Below are positions 19,963 to 30,268 of a stretch of DNA of 64,000 nucleotides, one piece after another; positions within the stretch are counted from its first letter, which is position 1, and every line of letters starts with the position of its first letter. The stretch is from an uncultured Planctomycetota bacterium. Lineage in GTDB: Bacteria > Planctomycetota > Planctomycetia > Pirellulales > Lacipirellulaceae. Location: NCBI GenBank assembly GCA_963719315.1, contig CAVRBU010000010.1:1-64000 (forward strand). Reading direction: 5' to 3'. Below the pieces are notes generated by a model. The model ran no database searches. It saw only the letters and a list, made by a program, of their open reading frames with translations, and was not told the DNA's origin. The position numbers were made by a program, and so were the translations under genes.

Positions 19963-22533
19963 ATGCCGACCAGACGCGAGTTTCTACAACGGGCGGCTCT
20001 CCTCTCCAGCGCCGCGGCGTGGTCGGGCGCATTCCCCGCCGCCATCGCCAAGGCCATGGCGATCGATCCAGAGCCCGGCAGCACATTTCTCGATGCCGAG
20101 CACGTCGTCATTCTGATGCAGGAGAATCGCTCCTTCGATCACAGCTTCGGCACATTGCAGGGAGTGCGCGGCTTCAACGACCCGCGGGCCATTACGCTCC
20201 CCAACGGCAACCCGGCCTGGGTGCAAACCAACCCCCGCGGTGAAAGCTACGTACCTTTCCGGCTCAACATCAAGGACTCGAACGCTACCTGGCTAGGCTG
20301 CCTTCCCCATGGCCGAACGGACCAGGTGGATGCCCGCAATGGCGGCCGCTACGACCGCTGGCTGGCCGTCAAGCGGTTGGGAGGAAAGACCTATGCCGAC
20401 ATGCCCTTCACTCTCGGTCATTACACCCGCGAAGATATTCCGTTCTACTACGCGTTGGCCGATGCCTTCACCATCTGCGATCAAAATTTCTGCTCGGCAC
20501 TCACCTGCACCACGCCTAACCGCCTCTACCTGTGGAGTGGCACCGTCCGCGAAAAACAAACTGCCGACTCTCCGGCCAAGTTGAACAATGAAGAAGCGGT
20601 GTACGATGCTGAGGTCTCCTGGCCGACTTTCCCGGAGCGACTCGAAGACCACGGCATCAGTTGGAAGGTGTACCAGAACGAATTGTGGCTCGCCTCCGGA
20701 TTGGAAGGTGAATACGACGCCTGGCTTACCAATTTCGGCGACAACCCTTTGGAGTACTTCACCCAATACAACGTGCGATTCGCCGAGCCGCACCGTCGCT
20801 ATCTCGATCGACGGGTGAAAACTTTGCCCGCCGAAATCGAGGAGCTGCAACAACGGATCGCGGCGCATGCCGCCCCCGCCGACGATGAGGCTCCGCTCGA
20901 GGAACAGCTCGCCGAAAAAATTGCCGCTTTGTTGCAGGCCAAAGCGGAACGCCTGCGATGGACCGCCGAGAATTACGAAAAGCTCTCCGCGCGCGAGAAA
21001 AGCATTCACGCCAAGGCCTTCTCCACCAATGCCGCTGATCCCGATTATCGCCAGCTAGTAACCCATACCTACAACGACGGCGGAACCGAGCGCCACGTGT
21101 ACATGCCCAAGGGAGACCTGTTCCATTCGTTCCGCGAGGATGTCCGCACCGGAAAACTGCCCACCGTCTCCTGGCTCGTAGCGCCGGAGCGATTCTCCGA
21201 CCATCCCGGCTCGGCCTGGTACGGCGCATGGTACATCGCCGAAGCGCTCGACATCCTGACCGGAAATCCGGACGTCTGGAAAAAGACGATCTTCATTCTT
21301 AACTACGACGAAAACGACGGCTATTTCGATCACGTGCCGCCATTTGTCGCCCCCCACCCGCGTCGACCGGAGACCGGGCTCGTTTCCACCGGCATCGATG
21401 CCAGCGTGGAATACATCGACCGGGAGCAGGAACGCAAGCTCCAGCGGGGGCGTTGGTCGAGAGAAAGCTCGATCGGCCTCGGCTATCGTGTGCCGATGAT
21501 CATCGCCTCGCCGTGGAGCCGCGGCGGTTGTGTCTGCTCCCAAGTTTTCGATCACACGTCCGTGCTGCAGTTCCTGGAACGGCTACTGACGCACAAGATG
21601 GGCCGCCAGGTCGAGGAGCCAAACATCAGCAAGTGGCGACGGACCGTGTGCGGCGATCTTACGTCCGCTTTCCAGGCCTACGACGGACCGAAGAGCGGCC
21701 TGCCGCCCGTGGCCGACCGCAGCGAAGTGATCGAGGGAATCCACCGGGCCAAGTTCAAAAGCGCGCCATCCGGATTCCAAGTCCTGACGCGAGATGAAAT
21801 CGACCAGATTCGCAGCAACCCTCAGGATTCGCCTCTCATGCCCCGCCAGGAACCGGGCATCCGCCGCTCGAGCCCGCTCCCCTATGAACTGGCAGTCGAT
21901 GGCGCCCTGAACGAACAAAAGACCCGTTTCGTCATCCGCTTCGAAGCACGTAACCGGCTGTTCGGCGATCGCGCGGCAGGCTCGCCGTTCGTGGTCTACG
22001 CCCGCACAGCACGCGGCGCCGTCGTGGTCCGCGACTACGCCGTCGCCGCCGGCAGCCATTTGGAGGACTCTTGGGCGCTCGCCGATTTCAAAAGCGAAGT
22101 GTACCACCTCCAAGCTTATGGACCCAACGGGTTCTACCGCGAATTCATCGGCTCAGCCGATGATCCACTGGTCGCCGTTCGATTGAACTACGATCGAATT
22201 GAGCCGAATGCCACCGCGCTCAGCGGCGCTGTCTCAATCGAAGTCGCGAATCGCGATGCCCGACAGATTTGCTCGATTGAAGTCCGCGACAATGCATATC
22301 GCGCGGTCGACCTCCACCGCACCGTGCAACCAAATGCCGAGGCACTGCTGGCGATAGACACCTCGCCTGGTCTGGGATGGTACGATCTGAGCGTTCGCAT
22401 CGACGGCAAGGAACCATTTCGCAGACGCTACGCCGGGCGTGTCGAGACTGGCCAATGGAGCTACAGCGACCCGGCCATGGGACGCGTCGTCGGCCAGCTA
22501 CCACTGACCCGGCAGTCGAATGCCAACAAATAG
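19963..22533 (+). CDS. Phosphocholine-specific phospholipase C (phosphoesterase family), Tat-exported
   Basis: TRREFL Tat motif, HVVILMQENRSFDH, TTPNR, YDENDGYFDHVPP, GLGYRVP, GPNGFYR. Confidence 0.92.
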   Translation: MPTRREFLQRAALLSSAAAWSGAFPAAIAKAMAIDPEPGSTFLDAEHVVILMQENRSFDHSFGTLQGVRGFNDPRAITLPNGNPAWVQTNPRGESYVPFRLNIKDSNATWLGCLPHGRTDQVDARNGGRYDRWLAVKRLGGKTYADMPFTLGHYTREDIPFYYALADAFTICDQNFCSALTCTTPNRLYLWSGTVREKQTADSPAKLNNEEAVYDAEVSWPTFPERLEDHGISWKVYQNELWLASGLEGEYDAWLTNFGDNPLEYFTQYNVRFAEPHRRYLDRRVKTLPAEIEELQQRIAAHAAPADDEAPLEEQLAEKIAALLQAKAERLRWTAENYEKLSAREKSIHAKAFSTNAADPDYRQLVTHTYNDGGTERHVYMPKGDLFHSFREDVRTGKLPTVSWLVAPERFSDHPGSAWYGAWYIAEALDILTGNPDVWKKTIFILNYDENDGYFDHVPPFVAPHPRRPETGLVSTGIDASVEYIDREQERKLQRGRWSRESSIGLGYRVPMIIASPWSRGGCVCSQVFDHTSVLQFLERLLTHKMGRQVEEPNISKWRRTVCGDLTSAFQAYDGPKSGLPPVADRSEVIEGIHRAKFKSAPSGFQVLTRDEIDQIRSNPQDSPLMPRQEPGIRRSSPLPYELAVDGALNEQKTRFVIRFEARNRLFGDRAAGSPFVVYARTARGAVVVRDYAVAAGSHLEDSWALADFKSEVYHLQAYGPNGFYREFIGSADDPLVAVRLNYDRIEPNATALSGAVSIEVANRDARQICSIEVRDNAYRAVDLHRTVQPNAEALLAIDTSPGLGWYDLSVRIDGKEPFRRRYAGRVETGQWSYSDPAMGRVVGQLPLTRQSNANK

Positions 22534-22604
22534 GCCGCACCGCTTGCAGTTTAGCAGCGAACGTCGAACATTGCCACGATGTGAAGGTCCCCCCGTTAAG
22601 CGAA

Positions 22605-22628
22605 CTCCCCCGGTAGGACTCGAGCCTA
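22605..22628 (-). other. tRNA 3'-end-like fragment (Asn-like), probable att remnant
   Basis: Minus strand TAGGCTCGAGTCCTACCGGGGGAG resembles a T-arm plus acceptor strand. The IS630 end abuts it at CTAG. Confidence 0.55.
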
Positions 22629-22643
22629 GTGGTCTGTCTCGAT

Positions 22644-23037
22644 TTAGTTGACGGGTGCTAGTACGGGATAAAGTCGTTTAATCTTGATCCTGGCATCGGC
22701 GGCGGTGAATTGCCAGTCGACGCGGACTGGTTGTTGGTTGCGGGGTTGTTCCCATGCGTGAACTTCGCTCTCCAGGCGGGCTCGGGAATCGATCCGTTGG
22801 TCCAGGCACTGCCTTCCCAGCACGGACAATTCACATTCCGCCATGTTCAGCCAACTGGCGTGCTTGGGGGTGTGATGCACTTCAAACCGCTCCCACAACC
22901 GTCGCGCCTCGTCAGGCGGGAAGATCGCGTACAGCACGGACAGCTTGTGCGTATTCAGGTTGTCCATGACCAGCACGATCTTCTCCGCCGTCGGGTACTG
23001 CTCGTCGGCGATGTTGCGTAGCAGGTCGGCGAAATCC
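22644..23037 (-). pseudogene. IS630-family transposase, 5'-truncated
   Basis: VLVMDNLNTH, HTPKHASWLNMAECE, VDWQFTAADARIKIKRLYP. Cut by the repeat at 23037. Confidence 0.9.
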
Positions 23038-23224
23038 CTCCCCGTATAGGACGGATTTACGAACTTTGGTGCGCATAGCGCATTTTCGTAAATCATTGAG
23101 AGGGAAGCGATTAGCGAGTTCGAGTCCTATTCGGTGGGGCCGACCGGATGAGACGGAATTCGAACTAATTGGAGCGCTGGTTAACGGGCCCGCGCTCTGC
23201 GCGAGAAAAGTTAGAGCGCGGCGC
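23037..23224 (+). repeat. ~185-bp non-coding repeat, copy 1 (near-identical to 53758..53943)
   Basis: CCTCCCCGTATAGGACGGATTTACGAAC...AAAGTTAGAGCGCGGCGC present in both copies. Confidence 0.92.
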
Positions 23225-23444
23225 ACAGCGCCATTCAACAAACAATCGGCAAGGACAGCACCTTAGCCGATAAGTCATTCCTCTTCCGATTCAATTGGCT
23301 CGCCAACGACGTTCTGGAGATCGGCATTGAAACGGGACCCACCTGGGGTGCGGAATCGGCATTGAAAAGGGACCCACCGCAGCGGACTTCGTAAGCTGGA
23401 TTCCCGGTTTTTAAACTGGGGAATTCAGCGAAGCGGAGTCAAGG

Positions 23445-25148
23445 ATGCTGAAGGTGGAGGATTACGGCAGGATACGTCGTGCTCATCGCGATGGCATGAG
23501 CATTCGGGAGATCGCCCGGACGTTTGGGCATTCGCGACGAAAGATCCGCGAGGCACTGGCGCAGGCAGAGCCGCGGCCTTACACGCTGTCGCTACCGCGA
23601 CCGCGGCGGGTGCTGACCGATGTGCACCAGCAATGGATCGGCGCGATTCTCGTCGAAGATGAGCAGGCGCCTCGCAAGCAACGTCACACAGGAGCGCAAC
23701 TCTTTCGGCGGCTGCGGGACGAAGAGCAGTACGTCGGCAGCTACGACCAGGTGCGAAGGTACGTGGCCGCGACGCGGGGGCGGCAGCGCGAAACGTTTCT
23801 CCCTTTGTCGTACGAGCCAGGCCAACGGGCCGAGAGCGACTTCGGTCAGATCTGGGTCGACTTCCCGGAAGGCAGGCGCCAGGTTCCGATCCTGCTGGTG
23901 ACGTGGGCCTACTCAAACGCCACCTTTATGATTGCGCTGCCGAGCGAAAAGACCGAGGCGATCCTGCATGGCACGGTGGCGGCGTTTGCGTTTTTTCGTT
24001 GCGTGCCCAAAGAACTGTGGTGGGATAATCCAAGAACCGTTGCGACCACGATTCTGCGTGGCCGCCAACGGGAGTTGAACCAGCGCTGGCAGCGCTGGCC
24101 AGTCACTACAACTTCGAGCCGTTGTTCTGCCTGCCGGCTCGCGGTAACGAAAAGCCGCACGTCGAGAACCGGGTGAAGCTGTTGGAGCGCCAGTGGGCGA
24201 CGCCGGTCCCTCAAGTGAAGGATCTGACAGAGCTAAATGCCTACCTGCTTCAATGCTGCGAGCGGGATGCTCGGCGGACGATTGCGGGCCACAGCGAAAC
24301 GATCGGCGCGCTTCGCGACAGAGCAGATTAGCGCCTTGCCGCTGCCCGAGCGCCCGTTTGAAGCCGCCGTGAGCGAGGTCCGTCAAGTCGACAAGTACCA
24401 GACGGTCGCCTGGGAGAAGAATCGCTACAGCGTGCCGCGGCGGCATGCGTTCGCCACGGTCACGGTAAAAGCCACTATCGATCGCATCGAAGTCATCCGC
24501 GACGGCCAGCGGATTGCCCGGCACGAGCGCCTCTACGGACAGGGCGAGCAAGTGCTCGATCCGCTGCACTACCTGTCCACTCTGGGAGTGAAGCCAGCCT
24601 ATTTGGATCACACTGACGTTTACCGCAATTGGCGTCTGCCGGCGGCGTTTACCCAGTTGCGCGAACATTTTGAAACACGCCACGGATCGTTGCCGGGCGC
24701 TCGGCAATTCATCCGCGTGCTGCAGCTGTTGGCAGAGCACCCGCTGACTCGGGTTGAGCAGGCCATCCAGGCCTGCCGCGGCGACGGCGTCGTCACGGCC
24801 GAGCGGATTGCTGGGCTCTGCGAGCGACTGGCGCTGCGCTCCACCCGCGGCGAAGCGAACCTAATCGGGCAGCTGCGATCGATTCCTGCGGTGCAAGTCC
24901 CGCTGCCGGACTTGCGCCGCTTTGACTCGTTACTCTCTCACGGAGGAGAAGATCATGGCCCAGAAAGAAACGCCCCTGTTACTGCGTTCGAACCTCAAGG
25001 CGCTACGCCTGCCGACGATGCTGGCCGAGTATGGCAAGCTCGCCGGGGAAGCGACCAACAGCAACCAGGACTACCTCGACTATCTGTTGCGCCTGACGGA
25101 GTTGGAGTTAGCCACACGCAGTGCCAATGCTCTGCAGGCGCGCATTAA
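23445..25148 (+). pseudogene. istA: IS21 transposase IstA, frameshifts near 24090 and 24310
   Basis: HTH MSIREIARTFG, PGQRAESDFG, WWDNP, NEKPHVEN, NRYSVP. Confidence 0.85.
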
Positions 25149-25724
25149 ACAGGCTGGCTTCCCGGTGCAGAAGGACCTCGATGCATTCGACTTTAGCGCG
25201 CGCCCGGCCTCTCGAAGCCCAAGATCCTGGAACTGGCCCGCTGCGGCTGGATTGATCAGCGTCAGAACTGCTGCCTGTTGGGTAGTTCGGGAACTGGAAA
25301 AACGCATCTGGCCATCGCCTTGGGCCTGGCCGCCTGCCGACTGGGCAAGCGAGTCCGCTTCTTTACCGCTGCCACACTGGTCAATCGCTTGGAAGAGACG
25401 CAGAAGCAGTACCAGCTCGAGCGATTGTTGAAGCAGCTCGACAAGCTCGATCTGCTTGTCTGCGACGAGCTCGGTTATCTCTCGTTCAATCGCAGCGGAG
25501 CGGAACTGCTGTTCCAGGTATTCGCCGATCGCTACGAGCGATCCAGCCTGTTGATCACCAGCAACTTGCCGTTCAGCGAATGGCAGCAGGTGTTTCAGGG
25601 AGAACGGATGACAGCTGCTCTCTTGGACCGGCTGACGCACCACTGCGAAATCTTTGAGATGAACGGTGAAAGCTACCGCTTCCGGGAGTCGATGAAACAA
25701 AAGCGAACCACCAAGGGCAAGTAG
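24955..25724 (+). pseudogene. istB: IS21 helper ATPase IstB, frameshift near 25200
   Basis: LRLPTM, GSSGTGKTHL, DELGY, TSNLPFSEW, LLDRLTHH, GESYR. Confidence 0.9.
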
Positions 25725-26300
25725 CTTTCGGGCGACCCGTCGGCAAAACGTTCGCAAATCGTGCGCAACAAAATGGAGAGTTTACTCTAACCCATTAAGT
25801 GAACTAACGGAGGCGGCCGCGCGAGACCTTCGAAGGGTCTCGCGGGCCGCTCCCCAACTAACCAGGTGGGCCCAGATTCAACGCCCAGGTGGGTCCCATT
25901 TCAATGCCGATCTCCAGACGTCCAACGTTACGCTACAAAACTCCAGCTCAAACCACGCCTTGAAGGTTGCCAGATCTCGTTTGCGAGGCCAGACGGCCGG
26001 GTCCTGCATCCAGGACCACAGTTGGTGCTCGAAGATCTCTTCATAAACTTCAGCCACGATCTCATCCTGGTGATCTTCGCTTTCGACCGACGGAACCAAT
26101 AGCGCAGTGCAATCCCGCCGTAAATCCTCCACGGTGAACTTCTTGCCCTCCTCATCCAGCGAGTGGACTCAGTCCAGGTACGGCTGCCGCGGACGGACCA
26201 CCAACACCGAACGATTGACGGACCACATGGGGCGGTGTCTTTCGCGGTAAAGGAGAATTGCCTAAGTTAACGAATTACTATCTTCGCCCGGCCCCGCCGG

Positions 26301-27640
26301 TGTACAAAAAGATTGCCACATCGCCATATTTGCCGAGATCGAGGAGCATTTTACCAGGATGGTTCGCATCTTCCACCCCTTGCTGTTTCTTTTGGCCCGT
26401 TCCACCGCCGACGAACTCCAGAAGCAGGTCGAGTTTCTCAAGGCCGAGAACGATATGCTCCGCAAGCGGGTGCCAAAGAAGCGTATCTTTCTCGACCTCA
26501 ACGAACGCGCGAAGCTGTTGAATCTGGGAAAGGAGATTGGTCCTGGCATCCGTCACCTGATCACCATTGTCAGCTACTCCACCTTCCGCCGCTGGGTCCG
26601 CAAGGAGGAAGGCAAAGGCCCGACTCGCAAAGGCCGGCCACGGCTGGCGGCCATCGTGCGGGAGTTGGTGGTGCTGATCGCGAAGGAAACTGGTTGGGGG
26701 TACACCCGAATCCTCGGTGAGCTGAAGAAGCTCCGCGTCGGCCCGGTCTGCCGGCAGTCGGTGAAGAACATCCTCATCGAACATGGCCTCGATCCCGGCC
26801 CCAAGCGCGGCAAGGGAACCTGGAGCGATTTCCTGCGGATTCATGCCGAAACGCTCTGGCAGGTCGATTTCTTCAGTAAGCACGTCTGGACGCTCCAGGG
26901 GCCACGGCAAATCTTTGCACTGGCCTTCATCCACCTGGCGACGCGGCGAGTCTTCGTGACACCAAGCACGTTCAAGCCCGATGCCATTTGGATGGAAGCC
27001 CAAGCAAGAGAATTTCTTGATCACGCGGCAGCGGAGCGATTGCCTTGCGAAATCGTTACACGCGACTACGACGGCATGTTCTCGAAGGCGTTCGACCAGG
27101 TCTTCAAGGAGCGATCGATCCAGGTAAAGCCAGTCGGTCCGCAAGCCCCGAATTTGAATGCCTTCATCGAAAGGTGGATACAAAGTTTACAGCAAGAGGC
27201 CCTTGACCACTTCATCTGCTTCGGCAAAGAGCACTTCGACCATATTGTGTCGGAGTACGTCCAATACTATCTGGGCCGACGCCCGCATCAAGCTCTGGAC
27301 AACGTCCTCTTGCCGCGGCGGTCCGACGAATGGGTCGATGTCGCTGACAACAATGACGCATCGGCTGAACCACTCTCGCTGGCCGACATCAAGTGTGAAC
27401 TGCGCCTCGGCGGCTTGCTGAAACACTTTTACCGCGTCGCCGCTTAGCCAGCGACAATGACGGTTTCATTCCGTTGTCAAACAACAATCGGCGCGGATGG
27501 ACCGCGCCGCGGCCGAATTCCACTTGCAGAGCGATCTGCCCACTCTGCCAAGTCTTACATTCGGTGGCAATCTCGATGGCTGGATCCCCTCCAATCGTCC
27601 GTTCGTAACAACGACTTGCGGTTCGAAATCTTTTTGTACA
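26301..27640 (+). mobile_element. rve/IS481-like element, copy 1
   Basis: TGTACAAAAAGATT...AATCTTTTTGTACA inverted repeat around the transposase; no target duplication. Confidence 0.8.
26359..27447 (+). CDS. Integrase-core (rve) DDE transposase
   Basis: WGYTRILGEL, QVDFF, TRDYD, PNLNAFIERW, RPHQ, RLGGLLKHF. Confidence 0.9.
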   Translation: MVRIFHPLLFLLARSTADELQKQVEFLKAENDMLRKRVPKKRIFLDLNERAKLLNLGKEIGPGIRHLITIVSYSTFRRWVRKEEGKGPTRKGRPRLAAIVRELVVLIAKETGWGYTRILGELKKLRVGPVCRQSVKNILIEHGLDPGPKRGKGTWSDFLRIHAETLWQVDFFSKHVWTLQGPRQIFALAFIHLATRRVFVTPSTFKPDAIWMEAQAREFLDHAAAERLPCEIVTRDYDGMFSKAFDQVFKERSIQVKPVGPQAPNLNAFIERWIQSLQQEALDHFICFGKEHFDHIVSEYVQYYLGRRPHQALDNVLLPRRSDEWVDVADNNDASAEPLSLADIKCELRLGGLLKHFYRVAA

Positions 27641-27809
27641 GAGCGGCACTTTTCCGAAATTCATTGATAGGGAAGTGATTAGAACCAGTTTCAAAACCTA
27701 GTTTGGCCCTTGTCTTAATAGCAATTCTTTCGATGAATTCATTGCTTTCGACGGCGCAAAAAGGGTTTTGAAATACGTCCAATCAAGTTGAGACCCGACG
27801 CGCGAAACG

Positions 27810-29864
27810 TTATTTGATTGGTCGGATTCTAATGTTTCGAAATGAGATCTGCCCATGGTCACCTTGGAGGGCGATGTATCCTTGCGGTGACTTGCCAAAC
27901 AGAGGCATTGCTCGAAATTTGCTTTGGGCCACACGATGCTGTAAGTCCTCGCTGCCCAGCACGTACTCGCAATACTTAACGCCGTTAATCTCGTGCACAC
28001 ACTTCTCCGGCGAAACGAGCAGTCGGACCTCGTTCCACTCTCCGGCGGGCTTGGTGGCATCCAGCGGCTTGCCGGTTCGCGGGTCGTTTGGCGGTTGGTA
28101 GAGGCCATATAACCAACCCGAGCGGATTGGATCGTGCGCGTGCGCGTTGTCCTGGAGTTGGAGCTCAGGACCGGTTTCCCAGGTCCATTTTCCTTCATCG
28201 GTGACGTGATACATGATGCCGCTGTTGCCTCCCTCCGATATGTTATATTCCAGTTTCAGCTCGAACCAATCGTACCGGTCGGCTGTGCACAGGTCGCCGG
28301 CGTCGTGCGGATCGGCGCATACTAAAGTACCCTGCTTGATTTGCCAGCCCGGACGGACTCGATCGACGCCAAAGCTATGCCAGCCGGAGAAATCGTTGCC
28401 CGTAAAGAGCATTCGCCAACCCTCCGATTTCTCTTTGTCGCTGAGCGAGTTAATCGGCGGAACTGCTGACGACTGGGCGGGGGTCAAATTGCCATTCGGC
28501 CGCTCGGGGTATTCTCCCACGAGTGCCTTCTCAATGCTCGTTTTCCATTCGCCTCCGAGCTCCTCCAACGAATGTCCCGTCCACTCCTTCCACAGAGCGT
28601 CTTGGTACCGTCCGTCGCGCAGAGCGGCGTTGAGTTTCCTTACGATCTCGCGGTCATAGTGCTCGGTGACCCAGTTGAGGAAGTTTGCGCTGACGCGATA
28701 GCTGCCGTCGTAGCGAACATTAGGCAGGTTCCGCCGGTCGATTTCAGCGCCCCGACTTTGTGGCTCGTACACAAACCAGCGGATGTAGTCGGCGATTCCC
28801 TCGACCAACCAGCCTGGCGGGTGCTGGCCGTTGCGGTCATTCCGCGGCGCCCGGTTGTATTGCTGCGCGACGTGCACCAGCTCGTGGACGACGGCGCCTT
28901 TGGCTTCGCCTTTTAGGTTGCGGCGAAACCAATTCGCGCCGCACTGGATCGCCGTCCCCCTGGTCGCCGCCACGCCCCGCATCGCGGGGTTGATCGCTAT
29001 TTCGAGCGAACGCGGGGCAACGTAGTTTTCACCGGGCAGCATCTTGACGATCTTCGGATACCATTCCTTGACGACGGGGGCGAGCTCCTTTTCGGCCCAT
29101 TCCGCGAGATCGGGCGCTTGTGATGTATCAATTCTTATTCGTTGGCCATCCTCAGTTTCGAGACTCACCACGCGCGGCGTCGCCCCGCCCTGTGCCGCTT
29201 CGTCGGCGACAATGTCGATCTCACTGTAAAAAGTGTTGCCGAACGGATCGTCATTCTCTGTACTGGCGATGTCAAATAACAGGTAACGGAAGCTCCCGAT
29301 GGAGCCAGCGGAGTCGAATATGCTGACACCGTATTGGCCCCCCGGCTCGCGGTCCGCCGGCCGCGTGTCAACGCTGGCCACGAACGTCCAGCCCAAATCC
29401 TTGGGATCCGAGCCACGTTTCGGCGCGCGATCAAAATGAGCGTTGGTCCCGTCGCTGGCATAGAGCTTGTACACCTGCGGCCCGCGTGGGCCGGCGTGCC
29501 ACGAATACGTGTTCACTTGATCGATGGCGATCGTATTTCCCAGATCGACCGCCAACCGACCTCCGGGCGTTCCGGCAGCGAAAAAGAAATTCTCAGTCGG
29601 CTGGTCGAGCAAAGTGGGGGCATTACCGTCGTGGAGCTTGTCGACGTTGCCGCCATTGGCGTCCCTCGAGCCATCGATAATCGAAATCTTCGAGTTTGTG
29701 GCCGCATCTTTTGCCGACGGCGGCGAAATGACCTTGAGATGAAAATCCGGCGTAGACTTGGCGTTGCTGGATTGAATGATGACGACATTGGTTCGGGCGT
29801 CCGCAACCGATGAAATCAAAACCGTCGCAGCCAAGCAGCAAACAAGCGCACGATAAAACGGCAT
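27810..29864 (-). CDS. Secreted fusion: beta-sandwich domain, BSP-family zincin, DUF1080 (3-keto-disaccharide hydrolase-like)
   Basis: Signal peptide; VVHELVH..Q and WLVEGIADYIR; GGNSGI, GEWN, GYIALQGDH..SFRNIRI. Confidence 0.8.
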   Translation of the reverse strand: MPFYRALVCCLAATVLISSVADARTNVVIIQSSNAKSTPDFHLKVISPPSAKDAATNSKISIIDGSRDANGGNVDKLHDGNAPTLLDQPTENFFFAAGTPGGRLAVDLGNTIAIDQVNTYSWHAGPRGPQVYKLYASDGTNAHFDRAPKRGSDPKDLGWTFVASVDTRPADREPGGQYGVSIFDSAGSIGSFRYLLFDIASTENDDPFGNTFYSEIDIVADEAAQGGATPRVVSLETEDGQRIRIDTSQAPDLAEWAEKELAPVVKEWYPKIVKMLPGENYVAPRSLEIAINPAMRGVAATRGTAIQCGANWFRRNLKGEAKGAVVHELVHVAQQYNRAPRNDRNGQHPPGWLVEGIADYIRWFVYEPQSRGAEIDRRNLPNVRYDGSYRVSANFLNWVTEHYDREIVRKLNAALRDGRYQDALWKEWTGHSLEELGGEWKTSIEKALVGEYPERPNGNLTPAQSSAVPPINSLSDKEKSEGWRMLFTGNDFSGWHSFGVDRVRPGWQIKQGTLVCADPHDAGDLCTADRYDWFELKLEYNISEGGNSGIMYHVTDEGKWTWETGPELQLQDNAHAHDPIRSGWLYGLYQPPNDPRTGKPLDATKPAGEWNEVRLLVSPEKCVHEINGVKYCEYVLGSEDLQHRVAQSKFRAMPLFGKSPQGYIALQGDHGQISFRNIRIRPIK

Positions 29865-30210
29865 GACAAAACACCTCGCTTTGAGCCGGCGGTTATTGCG
29901 CAAGATGCGAATAAGGGGTATTGAAAATGCCTCGGCTGGAAATTCGCAGGGCAGATCCATCCGCCGAAGATCAGTGAAAAATCGCAACAACGGCGTTGCC
30001 GTCAAGCGCCATGATCTTGAGTATTGCGCTCAAGACTCGTCTTGCTCAATAGCCGCACGGTGAAACGAGACCACCACGCGACTACGGCGCCTTTAGCCGA
30101 GCCTCGACACTCATTTAAGCATACTGACGAGTCGCGCTGGTCGTGTGCCCCACCTCGCCATCGACAATTAGGCATGAGGGGCTAAACATGCCTCCACGGC
30201 TTCCAAAATG

Positions 30211-30249
30211 GCCGCGCCGGGGCTGATTCGAGGCAGCCCCGGCACGGCC
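30211..30249 (-). terminator. GC-rich hairpin after the PEP-CTERM operon
   Basis: GCCGCGCCGGGGCTG...CAGCCCCGGCACGGC, about 20 nt after the stop codon. Confidence 0.6.
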
Positions 30250-30268
30250 AAACAGTTGACAATAGTTT

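Larger units (their letters stand above)
23315..25916 (+). mobile_element. IS21-family insertion sequence
   Basis: TIR TGGAGATCGGCATTGAAA..GGGACCCACC with subterminal repeats. Near target duplication GACGTTC/GACGTCC. Confidence 0.92.
23276..26228 (-). pseudogene. Small conserved hypothetical gene split by IS21, with an internal TGA
   Basis: MWSVNRSVLVVRPRQPYLD*VHS...WPRKRDLATFKAWFELEFCSVTLDV. Removing IS21 restores the tail VGEPIESEEE* ending at 23276. Confidence 0.7.

Noticed and set aside
26295..27646. Target-site duplications for the rve elements
   Set aside because: Flanks share only CGG (CGCCGG vs GAGCGG) and are not duplications in any copy.
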